Assembly (NCBI RefSeq): GCF_000014785.1
Contig: NC_008340.1
Location: 1,440,001-1,472,000, forward strand
Length of the DNA stretch: 32,000 nucleotides
From: Alkalilimnicola ehrlichii MLHE-1
GTDB lineage: Bacteria; Pseudomonadota; Gammaproteobacteria; Nitrococcales; Halorhodospiraceae
Direction: 5' to 3'
The position numbers were made by a program, and so were the translations under genes. The notes beneath the pieces were generated by a model. The model was not told where the DNA came from. It made no database searches and saw only the letters and a program-made list of their open reading frames with translations. Shown one piece after another: positions 1 to 11,069 of the stretch; positions within the stretch are counted from its first letter, which is position 1, and each line of letters opens with the position of its first letter.

Positions 1-30
1 TCCCTGTCCAGATCCGGAACCACCTTTATT

Positions 31-675
31 GTGAGCGCCAACAGTTTTCGAACCCGAGTCAAGATCTGCGGAATCACCCGGCCCGAGGACGGACGCAAGG
101 CGGCGCAGTTGGGCGCCGATGCGGTCGGTCTGGTCTTCCACGAGCGCAGTTGCCGGGCGGTCGACCGCGCCACGGCACAGGCGGTGATCGATGCCCTGCC
201 GCCGTTCGTGACCGTGGTGGCCCTGTTTCAGGACCCGCAGGCCGCCTTCGTGCGCCAAGTGTTGCGGGAGTTGCGCATCGACCTGCTGCAATTCCACGGC
301 GACGAGGCCCCGGAGTTCTGTGAGGGGTTTCACCGGCGGTACATCAAGGCCATCCCCATGGGGGAGCCGGGCGACCCCAAGGCCTGGGTGGCGCGCTACC
401 CCTCTGCCGTCGGGTTCCTGCTCGACAGCCACAGTCGCGGCGCCAGCGGCGGCAGTGGTGAGATCTTTGACTGGGCGCGGGTGCCCCATGACGCCGGGGT
501 CCCCCTGATCCTGGCCGGCGGGCTCTCCCCGGAGAACGTGGGCGGCGCGGTCCGGCAGGCGCGGCCCTTTGCGGTGGACGTGAGCACGGGCGTGGAGTCC
601 GCGCCCGGGGTCAAGGACCCGGAGCTCATGGCCGCCTTCATCAGTGAGGTCAGCAATGTCCACCAAGGTGACTGA
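31..675 (+). CDS. trpF: Phosphoribosylanthranilate isomerase (TrpF)
   Basis: ORF with GTG start; conserved N-terminus [12 protein letters not shown] and C-terminal [14 protein letters not shown]...[15 protein letters not shown]; followed directly by trpB and trpA. Confidence 0.96.
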   Translation: MSANSFRTRVKICGITRPEDGRKAAQLGADAVGLVFHERSCRAVDRATAQAVIDALPPFVTVVALFQDPQAAFVRQVLRELRIDLLQFHGDEAPEFCEGFHRRYIKAIPMGEPGDPKAWVARYPSAVGFLLDSHSRGASGGSGEIFDWARVPHDAGVPLILAGGLSPENVGGAVRQARPFAVDVSTGVESAPGVKDPELMAAFISEVSNVHQGD

Positions 676-1891
676 CGTGATTGAACGCATCCCCGGCTTC
701 GACCGCTACCCGGACGAGGCGGGGCATTTTGGGCCCTACGGCGGGCGCTTCGTTTCCGAGACCCTGATGGCTCCGCTGGACGAGCTGGCGCAGGCCTACG
801 ATCACTACCGCAATGACCCGGAGTTTCTGGCCGAGATCGACCGGGATTTGCAGGACTTTGTCGGTCGGCCCAGCCCGCTGTACCTGGCGGAGCGCTGGAC
901 CCAGCGGATCGGTGGTGCGCGGATCTACTTCAAGCGTGAAGACCTCAACCACACCGGCGCCCACAAGATCAACAACACCGTGGGCCAGGCGCTGCTGGCT
1001 AAGCGGATGGGCAAGACCCGGGTCATCGCTGAGACCGGTGCCGGGCAGCACGGCGTGGCCAGCGCCACGGTGGCGGCGCGCCTGGGCATGCAGTGCGTGG
1101 TGTATATGGGCGCGGACGACGTCAAGCGTCAGGCGGTCAATGTTTTCCGCATGCGCCTGCTCGGCGCCGAGGTGCGGCCGGTGGACGCCGGCACCCGGAC
1201 GCTCAAGGACGCCCTCAACGAGGCAATGCGCGACTGGGTGGCCCATGTGGACGACACCTTCTACATCATCGGCACCGTCGCCGGCCCCCACCCCTACCCG
1301 ATGATGGTGCGCGACTTTCAGACCGTGATCGGGCGGGAGGCGCGGCGCCAGATGCTCGAGCGCGAGGGCCGGCTGCCCGATGCCCTGGTGGCCTGTGTGG
1401 GGGGCGGCTCCAACGCCATTGGCCTGTTCCACCCCTTCCTGGCGGACCAGGCCGTGGCCATCTACGGGGTCGAGGCCGGCGGCGAAGGGGTGGAGAGCGG
1501 GCGGCATGCCGCGCCCCTGTGCGCCGGCCGCTCCGGGGTGCTGCACGGCAACCGCACCTACCTGATGATGAACGACTCCGGCCAGATCCAGGGGACCCAC
1601 TCGATCTCTGCCGGGCTCGACTACCCGGGGGTCGGGCCGGAGCATGCCTGGCTGAAGGACTCCGGCCGTGCCCAATACGTCAGCGTGACCGATGACGAGG
1701 CCCTGGAGGCGTTCCACGAGGTGACCCGCTGCGAGGGCATCATGCCAGCCCTGGAGACCGCCCATGCCCTGGCCTATGCCCGCAAGCTGGCCGCCGGGAT
1801 GAGCCCGGAGCAGAGCGTGGTGGTGAGCCTGTCCGGGCGGGGTGACAAGGATATTGCGACGGTGGCCGAGCTGGAGGGCATTGAGCTATGA
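656..1891 (+). CDS. trpB: Tryptophan synthase beta chain
   Basis: ATG at 656 ([14 protein letters not shown]...); PLP-lysine region HTGAHKINN; [13 protein letters not shown]; SGRGDKD near the C-terminus. Overlaps the end of trpF. Confidence 0.97.
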   Translation: MSTKVTDVIERIPGFDRYPDEAGHFGPYGGRFVSETLMAPLDELAQAYDHYRNDPEFLAEIDRDLQDFVGRPSPLYLAERWTQRIGGARIYFKREDLNHTGAHKINNTVGQALLAKRMGKTRVIAETGAGQHGVASATVAARLGMQCVVYMGADDVKRQAVNVFRMRLLGAEVRPVDAGTRTLKDALNEAMRDWVAHVDDTFYIIGTVAGPHPYPMMVRDFQTVIGREARRQMLEREGRLPDALVACVGGGSNAIGLFHPFLADQAVAIYGVEAGGEGVESGRHAAPLCAGRSGVLHGNRTYLMMNDSGQIQGTHSISAGLDYPGVGPEHAWLKDSGRAQYVSVTDDEALEAFHEVTRCEGIMPALETAHALAYARKLAAGMSPEQSVVVSLSGRGDKDIATVAELEGIEL

Positions 1892-2712
1892 ACCGTCTGG
1901 AAAAGCGCATGTCGGCCTGCCGGAAGGCGGGGCGCAAGGCCCTGATCCCCTATATCACCGCCGGCGACCCCGGCCCGGAGCACACCGTGCCCCTCATGCA
2001 CGCGCTGGTCGGGGCCGGCGCCGACGTCCTCGAGCTCGGCGTTCCGTTCTCCGATCCAATGGCCGACGGGCCGGTGATCCAGGCCGCCTGTGAGCGGGCA
2101 CTGGCCCACGGGACGACCCTGCGCGATGTCTTCGATATGGTGCGCCGGTTCCGTGAGCAGGATGGCGAGACCCCCGTGGTCCTGATGGGTTACCTCAACC
2201 CGGTGGAATACCTGGGGCCGGCGGTCTTTGCTGAGGAGGCGGCGGCCGCGGGGGTGGACGGGGTACTCACGGTGGACCTCCCGCCGGAGGAGGCGGCCCC
2301 CTTTACCCAGGCCTTTGCCGCCAATGATTTGTGTCCCATCTTCCTGGTCGCGCCGACAACGGCGGGTGAACGGCTGGAGGCCGTGTGTCAGGCCGCCCGC
2401 GGCTTTGTCTACTACGTGGCCATCAAGGGCGTCACTGGCGTGGCGGAACTGGATGTGGACGATATCGCCCGCCGGGTCAGTGCCGTGCGGGCCCGCACCG
2501 ACCTGCCAGTGGGTGTCGGCTTCGGTATCCGCGATGCCGAGAGCGCGGCGCGGGTCGGGGCGGTGGCCGATGCCGTTATCGTGGGCAGTGCGCTGGTCAA
2601 TCGCATCGCCGGGCTGACCGAGCAGCCGGAGCGGGTCCCGGCGGTGTTGGCCGAGGCGCTTGGCGAGATGCGCCGGGCGCTGGACGGTCTTGCCGAGGAG
2701 GTCGCATCGTGA
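1888..2712 (+). CDS. trpA: Tryptophan synthase alpha chain
   Basis: ATGA overlap with trpB; [39 protein letters not shown] motifs. Confidence 0.97.
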   Translation: MNRLEKRMSACRKAGRKALIPYITAGDPGPEHTVPLMHALVGAGADVLELGVPFSDPMADGPVIQAACERALAHGTTLRDVFDMVRRFREQDGETPVVLMGYLNPVEYLGPAVFAEEAAAAGVDGVLTVDLPPEEAAPFTQAFAANDLCPIFLVAPTTAGERLEAVCQAARGFVYYVAIKGVTGVAELDVDDIARRVSAVRARTDLPVGVGFGIRDAESAARVGAVADAVIVGSALVNRIAGLTEQPERVPAVLAEALGEMRRALDGLAEEVAS

Positions 2713-3644
2713 GCTGGTTCCAGAAACTGATGCCGTCGCGGATCCGCACCGACGCCTCGGAGCGCAGCCGCAGCGTTCCCGAGGGGCTGTGGACCAAGTG
2801 CGGGCATTGCAGCGCGGTACTCTACCGTCCGGAGCTGGAGCGTAACCAGGAGGTCTGCCCCAAGTGCGGTGATCACATGCGCATCGGCGCACGTCGCCGG
2901 CTGGCCGGATTCCTGGACGCCGAGGGGCAGGTGGAGATCGGCGCCGACGTGCAGCCGGTGGACGCCCTGCGCTTCCGCGACAGCAAGAAATACCGCGACC
3001 GCCTGGCCCAGGCCCAGAAGGGCACCGGCGAGCGGGATGCGCTGGTGGCCATGCAGGGCCGGCTGCGCGGCATGCCGGTGGTGGCGGTGGCCTTTGAGTT
3101 CTCGTTCATGGGCGGCTCCATGGGCTCGGTGGTCGGCGAGCGTTTTGTGCGCGCTGCGGATACGGCGCGCGAGCAGCGGGTGCCCCTGGTCTGCTTCTCC
3201 GCCAGTGGCGGCGCCCGGATGCAGGAGGGCCTCTTCTCGCTGATGCAGATGGCCAAGACCAGCGCGGCGCTGGCCCGGCTCTCCGAGGAGGGGGTCCCCT
3301 TCGTCTCCGTGCTCACCGACCCGACCATGGGCGGGGTGTCGGCGAGCTTGGCGATGCTCGGCGACCTGGTGGTGGCGGAACCCGGGGCGCTGATCGGCTT
3401 TGCCGGGCCGAGGGTGATCGAGCAGACGGTGCGCGAGACCCTGCCTGAGGGGTTCCAGCGCGCCGAATTCCTGCTGGAGCACGGCGCGATCGATCAGATC
3501 ATCGATCGCCGGGAAATGGCTGACCGGCTTCACCGCATCCTCGCCATGCTGACCCACCAACCCGCCGCGGAGGCCGCGGACGCGCCCGAGGCGGGCGAGC
3601 AGCCATCGGAGGCGACCGACCCGGTGGGCGAGCACTGGGACTGA
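2709..3644 (+). CDS. accD: Acetyl-CoA carboxylase carboxyltransferase subunit beta
   Basis: Probable GTG start at 2709 ([14 protein letters not shown]); zinc ribbon CGHC...CPKC; [12 protein letters not shown] and [15 protein letters not shown]. The ORF track start (2385) is an upstream extension inside trpA. Confidence 0.95.
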   Translation: MSWFQKLMPSRIRTDASERSRSVPEGLWTKCGHCSAVLYRPELERNQEVCPKCGDHMRIGARRRLAGFLDAEGQVEIGADVQPVDALRFRDSKKYRDRLAQAQKGTGERDALVAMQGRLRGMPVVAVAFEFSFMGGSMGSVVGERFVRAADTAREQRVPLVCFSASGGARMQEGLFSLMQMAKTSAALARLSEEGVPFVSVLTDPTMGGVSASLAMLGDLVVAEPGALIGFAGPRVIEQTVRETLPEGFQRAEFLLEHGAIDQIIDRREMADRLHRILAMLTHQPAAEAADAPEAGEQPSEATDPVGEHWD

Positions 3645-3649
3645 CTGAG

Positions 3650-4963
3650 ATGCCCGACACCCCGGGATCGGCCGCCCCAATGCCCCAGCGCGACCGTTGG
3701 CGGCTGGAGGACTGGCTGCGGTGGCAGGAAGGGCTCAGCCCGGTGGAGATCAACCCCGGGCTGGAGCGGGTGCAGGCGGTCGGCGAACGGCTGGGTGCCC
3801 TCACGCCCCGTTGCCCGGTCATTACCGTGGCCGGTACCAACGGCAAGGGCTCCTGCATCGCCTACCTGGAGGCAATGCTCGGTGCCGCCGGATACCGGAC
3901 CGCTGCCTACACCTCGCCGCATCTGTTGCGCTATAACGAACGCATCCGGCTGGCCGGGGTCCCGGTGAGTGATGAGGCCATCACGGCGGCCTTCTCCCGC
4001 GTGGAACAGGCCCGGCAGGGCACCCCGTTGACGTATTTCGAGTACGGCACGCTGGCCGCTCTGAGCCTGTTCAGCGAGGCGGAGGCCGAGGTCTGGCTCC
4101 TCGAGGTGGGCATGGGCGGGCGCCTGGACGCGGTGAACGCGGTCGATCCCGATTTGTCCATAATCACGAGTATTGGCCTCGATCACACCGAGTGGCTGGG
4201 CGCGGATCGCGAGCGGATTGGCGCGGAGAAGGCCGGTATCATGCGTCCGGGACGGCCCGTCTGCCTGGGCCAGGCGGACCTCCCCGACAGTGTGTCCGAT
4301 CGGGCCCGGACGCTGCGGGCGCCGGTGACCGCGGCCGGTCGCGACTTCCATTGGCGGCGACAAGCCCTGGGCTGGGACTGGCTCAGCGGCGACGAGCGAC
4401 TGGACGGCCTGCCCTGGCCCGGGCTGACCGGGACGGTGCAACTGGATAACGCGGCGGTGGTCATCGCCGGTCTGAGGCGGCTGCGGGAGCGGCTCCCGGT
4501 GGATCGCGCCGCGCTCGAGCGGGGACTGCGCAGCGCCCGCCTGCCCGGACACATGGAGCGGGTCCGGCGCCGGGGCGTGGAGTGGTTGTTCGACGTGGCC
4601 CACAATGAGGACAGCGTGCGCGTATTGGCCGAGACGGTCCGGGACGAGGCGGGCAAGGGGCGCGTCATCGGGCTCTTTGCCGCCATGCACCGCAAGGCCC
4701 TGTCCGGTGTGCTTGCCACCATGGGTGCAGTGGTGGACGAGTGGTATCTGCCACGGTTGGAGGATCCCCAGGCGCATCCGCCGGAGGCGGTGGCGGCGGG
4801 CCTACGCGAGACTGGGGTGGATGCCTCCGTTATCCATACCGGCGGCCTGTCGGCCCTGCTTGCCGCGGTAGCGGACCGCGCCCGCCCCGGGGACCGGGTG
4901 GTGGTGTTCGGCTCGTTCCGTACCGTCGAGGCGGTGATGCGGGCCGGAGGGCGCGTAGACTGA
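3650..4963 (+). CDS. folC: Bifunctional folylpolyglutamate synthase/dihydrofolate synthase
   Basis: VTVAGTNGKGSCIAYLEAML, YTSPHLLRYNERI and DVAHNEDSVRVLAE motifs; position after accD. Confidence 0.94.
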   Translation: MPDTPGSAAPMPQRDRWRLEDWLRWQEGLSPVEINPGLERVQAVGERLGALTPRCPVITVAGTNGKGSCIAYLEAMLGAAGYRTAAYTSPHLLRYNERIRLAGVPVSDEAITAAFSRVEQARQGTPLTYFEYGTLAALSLFSEAEAEVWLLEVGMGGRLDAVNAVDPDLSIITSIGLDHTEWLGADRERIGAEKAGIMRPGRPVCLGQADLPDSVSDRARTLRAPVTAAGRDFHWRRQALGWDWLSGDERLDGLPWPGLTGTVQLDNAAVVIAGLRRLRERLPVDRAALERGLRSARLPGHMERVRRRGVEWLFDVAHNEDSVRVLAETVRDEAGKGRVIGLFAAMHRKALSGVLATMGAVVDEWYLPRLEDPQAHPPEAVAAGLRETGVDASVIHTGGLSALLAAVADRARPGDRVVVFGSFRTVEAVMRAGGRVD

Positions 4964-5001
4964 TGCCCGTTTTCCCGTAGTACCGATTACGAGGTCCAGC
5001 C

Positions 5002-5688
5002 TTGGAACAGCACATCAAGCACCGGCTGGCCGGTGCGGTTATCCTGGTAGCGCTGGCGGTCATCATCCTGCCCTGGCTGCTGAGCGGCGAGGGCGACCGG
5101 GGCGAGCTGGATATGCCGCTGGATATCCCGCCGGCCCCGGAGGTGCGCGAGGTGCCGGTACCGGAGGTGCGTGACGAGGACGGGGCACCGGTGTCGACGC
5201 CGCGTCCGGCGCCGTTGACCCCGCCCGGTGAGGGGCCGGGCGACGCCCCGGACATGGCACCGCCCAGGCCGGCGGAGGCACCGGAACCGGCCGAGGCGCC
5301 CGCCGAGGAACCCGCTGTGGTGGCCGAGCCGGCGCCGGAGCCGACGGCTGAGCCGGAACCGGAACCGGAGCCGGCCCCGGCACCTGGCGCGGAGCCGGAG
5401 CCTGAACCGACCGTGACGCCGGAGGGCCTGGACCGGATCCCGGCGGACCGGGGTGATTGGGTGGTGCAGGTGGGCAGCTTCAGCCGGCTGGAGAATGCGT
5501 TGGGCCTGCGTGATCGGTTGCGCGAGGCGGGCTACACCGCCTTCGCGGATCGGATGGACACCGAGGCCGGGCGGACCCTGTACCGGGTCCGCCTGGGGCC
5601 GTTGGCGACCCGCGAGGAGGCGAGGGCCCTGCACGATGAACTGCAGCGGGATCAGGGCCTGGAGGGCCTGGTCATGTCCCATCCATGA
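5002..5688 (+). CDS. dedD: SPOR-domain protein (DedD-like): N-terminal TM segment, Pro/Glu-rich linker, C-terminal SPOR domain
   Basis: TM segment GAVILVALAVIILPWLL; EPEPEPEP linker; C-terminal DWVVQVGSFSRLENALGLRDRLREAGY...YRVRLGPLATREEA; located between folC and cvpA. Confidence 0.82.
   Translation: MEQHIKHRLAGAVILVALAVIILPWLLSGEGDRGELDMPLDIPPAPEVREVPVPEVRDEDGAPVSTPRPAPLTPPGEGPGDAPDMAPPRPAEAPEPAEAPAEEPAVVAEPAPEPTAEPEPEPEPAPAPGAEPEPEPTVTPEGLDRIPADRGDWVVQVGSFSRLENALGLRDRLREAGYTAFADRMDTEAGRTLYRVRLGPLATREEARALHDELQRDQGLEGLVMSHP
5350..5410 (+). repeat. Short degenerate hexanucleotide tract (GAGCCG/GAACCG type) encoding an EP-rich linker
   Basis: Direct reading: agccggaaccggaaccggagccgg...ggagccggagcctgaaccg. 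Confidence 0.65.
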
Positions 5689-5762
5689 TGGGGTCGGCTT
5701 TCGCGCCGGCGTGCGCTCTGCTAATATCGGCCGCCTTTCGGCGGTGCTGCTCGGGGCCGTGA

Positions 5763-6356
5763 ATGAACTGGCTTGATATCGCCATTCTGGGCGTCGTCGG
5801 GGTCTCGGCGCTGCTCAGCCTCATCCGGGGGCTCTCCCGGGAGGTGATCTCCCTGCTGGCCTGGATCCTGGCCATCTGGGCGGGGCTGACCCTGGCTGCG
5901 CCCCTCTCCGAGCATCTGACCCCCTGGATCGACTCCCCGACCCTGCGCATCGGTGCGGCCTTCGTCGGCCTCTTTGTCGGGGTCCTGGTGGCCGGGGCCC
6001 TGGTCAACCTGGTCATGACCAAGCTGGTGGGCAGCACCGGCTTCTCCGGGACCGATCGCCTGCTGGGCATGATCTTCGGCGTATTGCGGGGCCTGGTGGT
6101 GGTGAGCGTGGTGGTGCTCATCATGGGGCTGACCCCGATGCCGGAGGAGCCCTTCTGGCAAGAGTCGACCATGATTGGCGGGCTCGAGCCCTGGGTCTGC
6201 CGGGTGGGCGCTGATGAATGGATGCAGCGCCTCTTCGAGTACGGCGAGGCGGCCGAGGGGCTGATGCCCGAGCAGACCTATTGGCAAAGCTATTGTGCGG
6301 GCGGCGCGTCGGGTACGTCGGCGCCCGAAACCCCCGTTGTCCCTGACGAGCTCTGA
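5763..6356 (+). CDS. cvpA: CvpA family membrane protein
   Basis: MNWLDIAILGVVGVSALLSLIRGLSREVISLLAWILAIW; immediately upstream of purF. Confidence 0.92.
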   Translation: MNWLDIAILGVVGVSALLSLIRGLSREVISLLAWILAIWAGLTLAAPLSEHLTPWIDSPTLRIGAAFVGLFVGVLVAGALVNLVMTKLVGSTGFSGTDRLLGMIFGVLRGLVVVSVVVLIMGLTPMPEEPFWQESTMIGGLEPWVCRVGADEWMQRLFEYGEAAEGLMPEQTYWQSYCAGGASGTSAPETPVVPDEL

Positions 6357-6375
6357 TACGCGAGGTGCCTAGTCC

Positions 6376-7890
6376 ATGTGTGGCGTGATTGGAATGGTGG
6401 CCCGGGAACCGGTCAACCAGGCCCTGTACGACGGACTGACGGTGTTACAGCACCGGGGGCAGGATGCCGCCGGCATCATGACCTACGATAATGGCCGCCT
6501 GCACTTGCGCAAGGACAACGGGCTGGTCCGCGACGTGTTTCGAACCCGGCACATGAAACAGCTGTTCGGTAACATGGGGATCGGCCATGTGCGCTATCCC
6601 ACCGCCGGCTGCGACACCTCGGCCGAGGCGCAGCCCTTTTACGTCAACAGCCCCTACGGCATCTCGCTCGCCCACAACGGCAATCTGATCAATGCCGAGG
6701 CTCTGAAGCGGGAGTTGTTCGAATCGGACCTGCGCCATATCAACACCGAGTCCGACTCGGAGATCCTGCTCAATGTTTTTGCCCATGAACTGGGTCGTTC
6801 CGGCAAGATGCGGATCAGCCCGGCGGACATCTTTGATGCCGTCGGCGAGGTCCACCGGCGCTGCAAGGGGGCCTACGCCGTGGTCTCCATGATCAACGGC
6901 TACGGTATCCTCGGCTTCCGGGACCCCAACGGGATCCGCCCCATCTGCTTCGGGGAGCGGACCACCGAGATGGGCAAGGAGTACATCATTGCCTCTGAGA
7001 GCGTGGCCCTGGACGTGCTGGGCTTCACCCGGGTGCGCGATATTGCCCCCGGCGAGGCGATCTTCATCGACATGGACGGGGTCCTGCACACCCGCCAGTG
7101 TGCCGACAACCCGGTCTCCTCCCCCTGTATCTTCGAATACGTCTATCTGGCCCGGCCCGATACCATGATCGATGAAGTGGCCGTCTATAAATCGCGGCTG
7201 CGAATGGGTGAGAAGCTGGCGGGCAAGGTGGAGCGTGAGTGGCCGGATCACGATATCGATGTGGTGATCCCCATCCCCGATACCAGCCGCACCGTGGCCC
7301 TGGAGATGGCCAATCACCTGGGTGTGACCTACCGCGAGGGCTTCATCAAGAATCGCTACATCGGTCGCACCTTCATCATGCCCGGCCAGACGCAGCGCAA
7401 GAAATCGGTGCGCCAGAAGCTCAATCCCATCCACCTGGAGTTCCGGGACAAGAACGTGCTGCTGGTGGACGACTCCATTGTCCGCGGCACCACCTGTCAG
7501 CAGTTGGTGCAGATGGCCCGCGATGCCGGTGCGCGCAAGGTCTACTTCGCGTCGGCGGCCCCGCCGGTGCGCTACCCCAACGTCTACGGTATCGATATGC
7601 CCTCCGTTGAGGAACTCATCGCCCACAACCGGACGGTGGAGCAGATCGCGAAGGTGATCGGCGCCGACCGGCTGATCTTCCAGGATCTGGACGATCTGAA
7701 AGAGGCGGTGCATTACGGCAACCGGGAGATCGACCGGTTCGATTGCTCCTGCTTCGACGGCGAGTATGTGACCGGCGACGTGGACAACGATTATCTGCGC
7801 CGGCAGCAGGCAGAGCGGGGTGATGACGCGCGCAGCCGCCGTCTCGCCACCGGTGAGGCGGGCGCGGTCGGTCTGCACAACCACCGCTGA
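6376..7890 (+). CDS. purF: Amidophosphoribosyltransferase
   Basis: N-terminal nucleophile MCGVIGMVA; [10 protein letters not shown]; [30 protein letters not shown] motif. Confidence 0.98.
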   Translation: MCGVIGMVAREPVNQALYDGLTVLQHRGQDAAGIMTYDNGRLHLRKDNGLVRDVFRTRHMKQLFGNMGIGHVRYPTAGCDTSAEAQPFYVNSPYGISLAHNGNLINAEALKRELFESDLRHINTESDSEILLNVFAHELGRSGKMRISPADIFDAVGEVHRRCKGAYAVVSMINGYGILGFRDPNGIRPICFGERTTEMGKEYIIASESVALDVLGFTRVRDIAPGEAIFIDMDGVLHTRQCADNPVSSPCIFEYVYLARPDTMIDEVAVYKSRLRMGEKLAGKVEREWPDHDIDVVIPIPDTSRTVALEMANHLGVTYREGFIKNRYIGRTFIMPGQTQRKKSVRQKLNPIHLEFRDKNVLLVDDSIVRGTTCQQLVQMARDAGARKVYFASAAPPVRYPNVYGIDMPSVEELIAHNRTVEQIAKVIGADRLIFQDLDDLKEAVHYGNREIDRFDCSCFDGEYVTGDVDNDYLRRQQAERGDDARSRRLATGEAGAVGLHNHR

Positions 7891-7897
7891 GGCGCGT

Positions 7898-9118
7898 ATG
7901 AGTGATCAGGGCGATTCCCACCACGACGATCCGCGCCACCCGAGCCACTGGGCGCCCGCCACCCGGGCGGTGCGGGCGGGACAGACCCGCGGCCTGGAGC
8001 AGGAGCAGAGCGAGCCCATCTACGCCAGTTCCAGCTTCACCTACCGTAGTGCTGCCGAGGCGGCGGCACGTTTCTCCGGCGAGAGCCCGGGGAATATCTA
8101 CTCGCGCTTTACCAACCCCACGGTCCGGACCTTCGAGCAGCGGCTCGCCGCCCTGGAGGGGGCCGAGGCCTGCGTGGCGACCGCCTCCGGGATGTCGGCG
8201 GTGCTGGCCGCTACCCTGGGGCTCCTGCGGGCCGGCGACCATATTGTCGCCTCCAGCGGCCTGTTCGGGGCCACGGCCTCGCTGTTCGCCAATTACCTCC
8301 CGCGCTATGGGATCGAGGTCACCACGGTCCCGCTCACCGACCTCCAGGCCTGGTCGGACGCCATGCGTCCGCAGACCCGCATGCTCTTCCTGGAGACGCC
8401 GTCCAACCCGCTGACCGAGGTGGCGGATATCGCCGCGCTGGCGGACCTGGCCCGGGGCCAGGGGGCGTGGCTGGCGGTGGACAACTGCTTCTGCACCCCG
8501 GCCCTGCAGCGGCCGCTGGAGCTCGGCGCGGATCTGGTCATTCACTCGGCGACCAAGTATCTGGACGGTCAGGGGCGGTGCATCGGCGGGGCGGTGTGCG
8601 GCGATGCCCAGGTGGTGGGCGAACAGGTTTTCGGCTTCCTGCGCACGGCCGGGCCGAGCATGAGCCCGTTCAACGCCTGGGTGTTCCTCAAGGGGCTGGA
8701 GACCCTGGCCCTGCGGATGGAGGCTCACTGCCGGAGTGCCTCGGAGCTGGCCCACTGGCTGGAGGAGCACCCGGCCGTGGAGCGGGTGTTCTATCCCGGG
8801 CTCGCCCGCCATCCCCAGCACGCCCTGGCGGCGCGCCAGCAGTCCGCCTTTGGCGGTATCGTCAGCTTCGAGGTGCGGGGCGGGCGCGACGCGGCCTGGC
8901 GGGTGATTGACAATACCCGGTTGCTCTCCATCACCGCGAACCTGGGCGACGCCAAGAGCACCATCACCCACCCGGCGACCACCACTCACGGCCGCAACAC
9001 ACCGGAGCAACGGGCGGCGGCGGGGATTACGGAATCGCTGGTCCGGGTGTCGGTGGGGCTGGAGGCGGTGGCGGATATCCGCGCTGATCTGGACGCGGCG
9101 TTGTCGGCCCTGGCGTAG
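7898..9118 (+). CDS. metZ: O-succinylhomoserine sulfhydrylase (MetZ), Cys/Met metabolism PLP enzyme
   Basis: ATG at 7898; TRAVRAG, YSRFTNPTV, EACVATASGMSAV, PLP-lysine region HSATKYLDGQGR; directly downstream of purF as in Pseudomonas. Confidence 0.92.
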   Translation: MSDQGDSHHDDPRHPSHWAPATRAVRAGQTRGLEQEQSEPIYASSSFTYRSAAEAAARFSGESPGNIYSRFTNPTVRTFEQRLAALEGAEACVATASGMSAVLAATLGLLRAGDHIVASSGLFGATASLFANYLPRYGIEVTTVPLTDLQAWSDAMRPQTRMLFLETPSNPLTEVADIAALADLARGQGAWLAVDNCFCTPALQRPLELGADLVIHSATKYLDGQGRCIGGAVCGDAQVVGEQVFGFLRTAGPSMSPFNAWVFLKGLETLALRMEAHCRSASELAHWLEEHPAVERVFYPGLARHPQHALAARQQSAFGGIVSFEVRGGRDAAWRVIDNTRLLSITANLGDAKSTITHPATTTHGRNTPEQRAAAGITESLVRVSVGLEAVADIRADLDAALSALA

Positions 9119-9155
9119 CCACCCCTGGCACAGCCCCGACGCGGTGGGCGACCGG

Positions 9156-9956
9156 TCAGCCGCCCATGGTCTCCGCGTGGTAGTGCGGGCGGATGGTCCG
9201 CAGCAGGTCGGCGAACAGCTTGGGGTTGCCGGCCACCACATGGCCGGTCTGCATGTGGCGCTCACCGCCCGTGACATCGCCGACGAGGCCGCCGGCCTCC
9301 TTCACCATCAGGGCACCGGCGGCCATGTCCCAGGGCTGGAGGCCCAGCTCCCAGAAGCCATCCAGGCGCCCGGCGGCCACGTAGGCCAGGTCCAAGGCAG
9401 CGGACCCGGCCCGGCGCAGGTCGGAGGCCCGCCGGCTGACGTCCCGGAACATGTCCATGTAGGGGTCGAGCAGTCGCGGGTTCTTGAACGGGAAGCCGGT
9501 GCCCAGCAGGGCGCCGTCGATGGTCTTGGCGCGGGTGACGCGCAGCCGCCGGCCATCGAGCTGGCAGCCGGCCCCCCGGTGGGCGGTGAACAGCTCCTGG
9601 CGCAGGGGATCATAGATGACGCCGCTCTCGAGCCGGCCGCGGTGGCGCAGGGCGATGGAGACGGCGTAGTGGGGAAAGCCGTGCAGGTAGTTGGTGGTGC
9701 CGTCCAGCGGGTCGATGACCCACTCGTAGTCGGCCTGGCCATGGCTGCCGGACTCTTCGCCGAGGATGGCGTGGTCGGGGTAGGCACGGCGGAGGATGTG
9801 AATGATTTGCTCCTCGGCCATGCGATCCACGTCGCTGACGAAGTCATTGCGGCCCTTGCTGTCCACCTGGACACGGTCCAGGCGGTCGAGGTTGCGTACA
9901 ATGACGTCGCCGGCGGCCCGAGCGGCCCGGACGGCCATGTTTACCGTTGCGTGCAT
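9156..9956 (-). CDS. suhB: Inositol-1-monophosphatase family protein (SuhB)
   Basis: ATG complement at 9954-9956 (MHATVNMAVRAARAAGDVIVRNLD); DPLDGTTNYLHG; GSAALDLAYVAAGRLDGFWE. Confidence 0.94.
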   Translation of the reverse strand: MHATVNMAVRAARAAGDVIVRNLDRLDRVQVDSKGRNDFVSDVDRMAEEQIIHILRRAYPDHAILGEESGSHGQADYEWVIDPLDGTTNYLHGFPHYAVSIALRHRGRLESGVIYDPLRQELFTAHRGAGCQLDGRRLRVTRAKTIDGALLGTGFPFKNPRLLDPYMDMFRDVSRRASDLRRAGSAALDLAYVAAGRLDGFWELGLQPWDMAAGALMVKEAGGLVGDVTGGERHMQTGHVVAGNPKLFADLLRTIRPHYHAETMGG

Positions 9957-10161
9957 GGTGATCTTCGTCTGCCAGGATGGGTGGGTCTGGATCGGTCGCC
10001 CGCCGGCGGGGCGGGCGGACGGGGCGAAGCATAACAGGAAAGCGGGCGGGACTGTACCGGTGTGGGTCGTCCCAGCCCGGAAACGGGCACGGCGGCTGTG
10101 AGCGCTGTGGCTTCGAAGGGTTGGGCCCTCCGTTGGGTTGTTTTCGAATATTGGGAGTGGG

Positions 10162-10920
10162 ATGAATCCTGAGAATCTGAGAATCGTGCTGGTGGGGACC
10201 AGCCATCCGGGTAATATCGGCTCGGTGGCGCGGGCCATGAAGACTATGGGGTTGTTCCGGCTGGAGCTGGTGGCACCGGAGTGTGCGTTCCCGGATGAAC
10301 AGGCCACGGCGAATGCCTCGCGGGCGGACGATGTCCTCGAGGCGGCGGGGCGGCACGACAACCTGGATGCTGCCCTGGCCGGCTGCGGGTTGGTGATGGG
10401 GCTGTCGGCGCGGCCGCGCCGGATCACCACGGCCGAGGTCCTGGATGTGCGCGAGGCGGGCCGGCGGGTGGTGGCGGAGGCCGAAAGCCGGCCGGTGGCC
10501 TTGCTGTTCGGACGGGAGCGCTCCGGGTTGACCAACGCCGAGCTGGACCGGTGTCAGGCGCTGGTGCATATCCCGGCCAATCCGGAGTACGGCTCGCTCA
10601 ACCTGGCGGCTGCGGTGCAGGTGGTCTGCCACGAGGTCAACATGGCGCGCGGCGCCGGGGTGGTGGCGCCGACACGGCGGTCGGCCAGTGCCCAGGATAT
10701 GGAGTACTTTTTCGAGCACCTGGCACGGGTGGCGGACCGGGTCGGGTTTCTGCGCAAGCACAACCCGGAGATCCTCATGCGCCGCCTGCGCCAGCTCTTT
10801 TACCGGGCGGCCCCCGACGACCATGAACTGCAGATGCTGCGCGGCCTGCTGGCCAACGTGGAGCCCCACCTGCCGGAGTTGCCGGACGCCGCGCAGAGGG
10901 CGGGGACGAAAGATGAATAA
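10162..10920 (+). CDS. trmJ: tRNA (cytidine/uridine-2'-O-)-methyltransferase TrmJ (SpoU family)
   Basis: VLVGTSHPGNIGSVARAMKTMG; LFGRERSGLTNAEL; IPANPEYGSLNLAAAVQ; divergent from suhB and upstream of cysE. Confidence 0.92.
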   Translation: MNPENLRIVLVGTSHPGNIGSVARAMKTMGLFRLELVAPECAFPDEQATANASRADDVLEAAGRHDNLDAALAGCGLVMGLSARPRRITTAEVLDVREAGRRVVAEAESRPVALLFGRERSGLTNAELDRCQALVHIPANPEYGSLNLAAAVQVVCHEVNMARGAGVVAPTRRSASAQDMEYFFEHLARVADRVGFLRKHNPEILMRRLRQLFYRAAPDDHELQMLRGLLANVEPHLPELPDAAQRAGTKDE

Positions 10921-11069
10921 AAGCCGCTCGGCGCGTAAACTGGGGCCTATGATGCCGCACTATCCCCGCCAGCACCGCTGTACCATCCGGTTGACCGGTA
11001 CTTGAGCCCGGCCCGGACCCCGTTTGGTCCGCCGCTTTCCCCATTCACCCGAGACAGAGCTGACTGTCC

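Noticed and set aside
2385-2708. N-terminal extension of accD in the ORF track
   Set aside because: Extension lies inside trpA in another frame with Arg/Gly-rich sequence; the conserved AccD N-terminus begins at the GTG at 2709.
5280-5410. EP-rich repeat considered as a minisatellite or CRISPR-like repeat
   Set aside because: Irregular hexanucleotide tract in frame, explained by a Pro/Glu-rich periplasmic linker; no spacers. The P/E linker in rodZ (about 15505-15565) is the same kind of feature.
6445-7884. 479-aa minus-strand ORF antisense to purF
   Set aside because: Complete overlap with purF and no domain signature; codon-composition artefact.
7616-9277. 553-aa minus-strand ORF over metZ
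   Set aside because: Antisense to the confidently identified metZ; low-complexity composition typical of GC-rich spurious ORFs.
10921-11069. CCGGTTGACCGG and outer TACC...GGTA symmetry upstream of cysE as a regulator box
   Set aside because: Short imperfect symmetry dominated by CCGG; too weak to assign without comparative data.
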